Source of the DNA: Trichoplax adhaerens
Lineage: Eukaryota; Animalia; Placozoa
Assembly (NCBI RefSeq): GCF_000150275.1
Contig: NW_002060943.1
Location: forward strand, 1,602,832-1,666,831
Reading direction: 5' to 3'
DNA: 64,000 bases
This document shows positions 63,001 to 64,000 of the stretch, in pieces. Both the position numbers and the translations under genes were made by a program. Under the pieces are notes generated by a model. The model did no database searches. It was not told the origin of the DNA and saw nothing but the letters and a program-made list of their open reading frames with translations. How positions within the stretch are numbered: position 1 is the first letter of the stretch; the number at the start of each line of letters is the position of its first letter.

Positions 63001-63390
63001 TGCTACGCCTATGACCACTTAAGAGATGAGACTAGCCCTTCTATTAACCTGAAGCAATTTACAAAGTGATATATTGAAAGATTGATTATTCTAGCAATAT
63101 GTAATAATGAGCCTAGAATCATACCGCATCTTTAGTATAGGCACAGAAACTTCTTTAATAAAGTTATCATATTCACTTGCATTAACGGCACAAGGTTCTT
63201 TAAATGCAAACACACGGCTGAATTGATTCCATACGTGAATACAATCAACTTGACGTTGCAATTTATTTACAGCTTGATATTCTGAACAACGGCCAATAAA
63301 GATTTCTTGGATGCGAGCCGTTGATCCATGAGCTAAAGACCAATCAATATAAAGTGTAATGATTACGATAATGGATGCGATCAATTTCAT
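60075..63390 (-). CDS. ADP-ribosyl cyclase (CD38/CD157 family) paralog B, type I membrane protein; apparent 1-nt frameshift at the end of exon 1
   Basis: Exons 63390-63125, 62728-62640, 61857-61728, 61466-61393, 61214-61116, 60932-60846, 60706-60527 and probably 60099-60075 (REATKTDF-stop). Motifs GSTARIQEIFIGRC, VFWSG, TLENT, LSWCG, FWSKMS, SFFARYELPNL, RCGAGSI, and a C-terminal TM helix. Intron positions match paralog A. Exon 1 is 266 nt, one short of the phase-0 junction required. Confidence 0.88.
62266..62332. repeat. GC-rich inverted repeat (hairpin) in intron 2 of cyclase B
   Basis: CCATTCC..TGACCGAGCAA.TTCGG-aaatag-CCGAATTGCTCGGTCA..GGAATGG forms an imperfect stem of ~28 bp. Confidence 0.8.
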
Positions 63391-64000
63391 CTTGATGCGA
63401 TTTTATGTCTACTGAGAAGTAGCAAATTGCAGGTTCTTCCTAGCGAATCAAAAAATGAATGATGATGCTGATACCATAGATATCGATTTAGAATGCTTGC
63501 TGTGAAGAGTTGTTTCTATATATATGTAAGTGTATACCATCCAAACTAATTATATATTCTATAGCTTTTCATAAAGAAATAGAAGGGAGACATTGTTTTT
63601 TTCTCACGTTAGCAAATATTTTAACGTTTAGTCATGATTTACATATTACGAAATGATATCAAGCTGTCAATTATTCGAACTGAAATTATGCTAGCATTCA
63701 GGTCAAAGCAGCGTAAGAGATCTTGTGATAACACATAGGAATATCTTTATCAAATACTAATGCACCACAACGAGTTGGTAGCCGATTTTAAAATTTTTCG
63801 AGTCTAAAATAAAATTTTAATTTTAGTTTATTTATCATAGGAAAAATAGACTTTGCATTATACCGCTGGATTCATTGAAATAAAAATCACTTGCAAACAG
63901 TGGAACTAGTTTTCTACGATTTTAGAAAGAAAAATTGATAAGCCAAGAACTGATTATACCCATACAGTTGAAAATAGCGGTCTGTAAAGTTTATCGGTAT

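Overview
AT-rich eukaryotic genomic DNA with short GT-AG introns and a very abundant ACAGT/ACTGT pentamer. These traits point to a placozoan (Trichoplax-like) genome; this is an inference, not a database match. I reconstructed eight spliced or intronless genes by hand. The left ~18.5 kb is a compact housekeeping block rich in the ACAGT motif. It holds a 14-exon long-chain acyl-CoA synthetase (ACSL3/4-like, +), WASHC3/CCDC53 (-) and an intronless BORCS5 (+), the last two arranged head-to-head. The right ~45 kb is gene-sparse and ACAGT-poor. It holds two tandem secreted prepropeptide genes whose short second exons, missed by the ORF track, encode six-cysteine C-C-CC-C-C (inhibitor-cystine-knot/conotoxin-like) peptides. 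It also holds a four-exon NTF2/SnoaL-like (DUF4440-type) gene and two tandem CD38/CD157-family ADP-ribosyl cyclase genes. The cyclases have an unusual type I membrane topology and divergent active-site signatures, and one has an apparent 1-nt frameshift. Several degenerate minisatellites, a MITE-like element and a hairpin are also present. The best candidate for an undescribed system is the placozoan knottin toxin/defence-peptide precursor pair, followed by the type I ADP-ribosyl cyclase pair.
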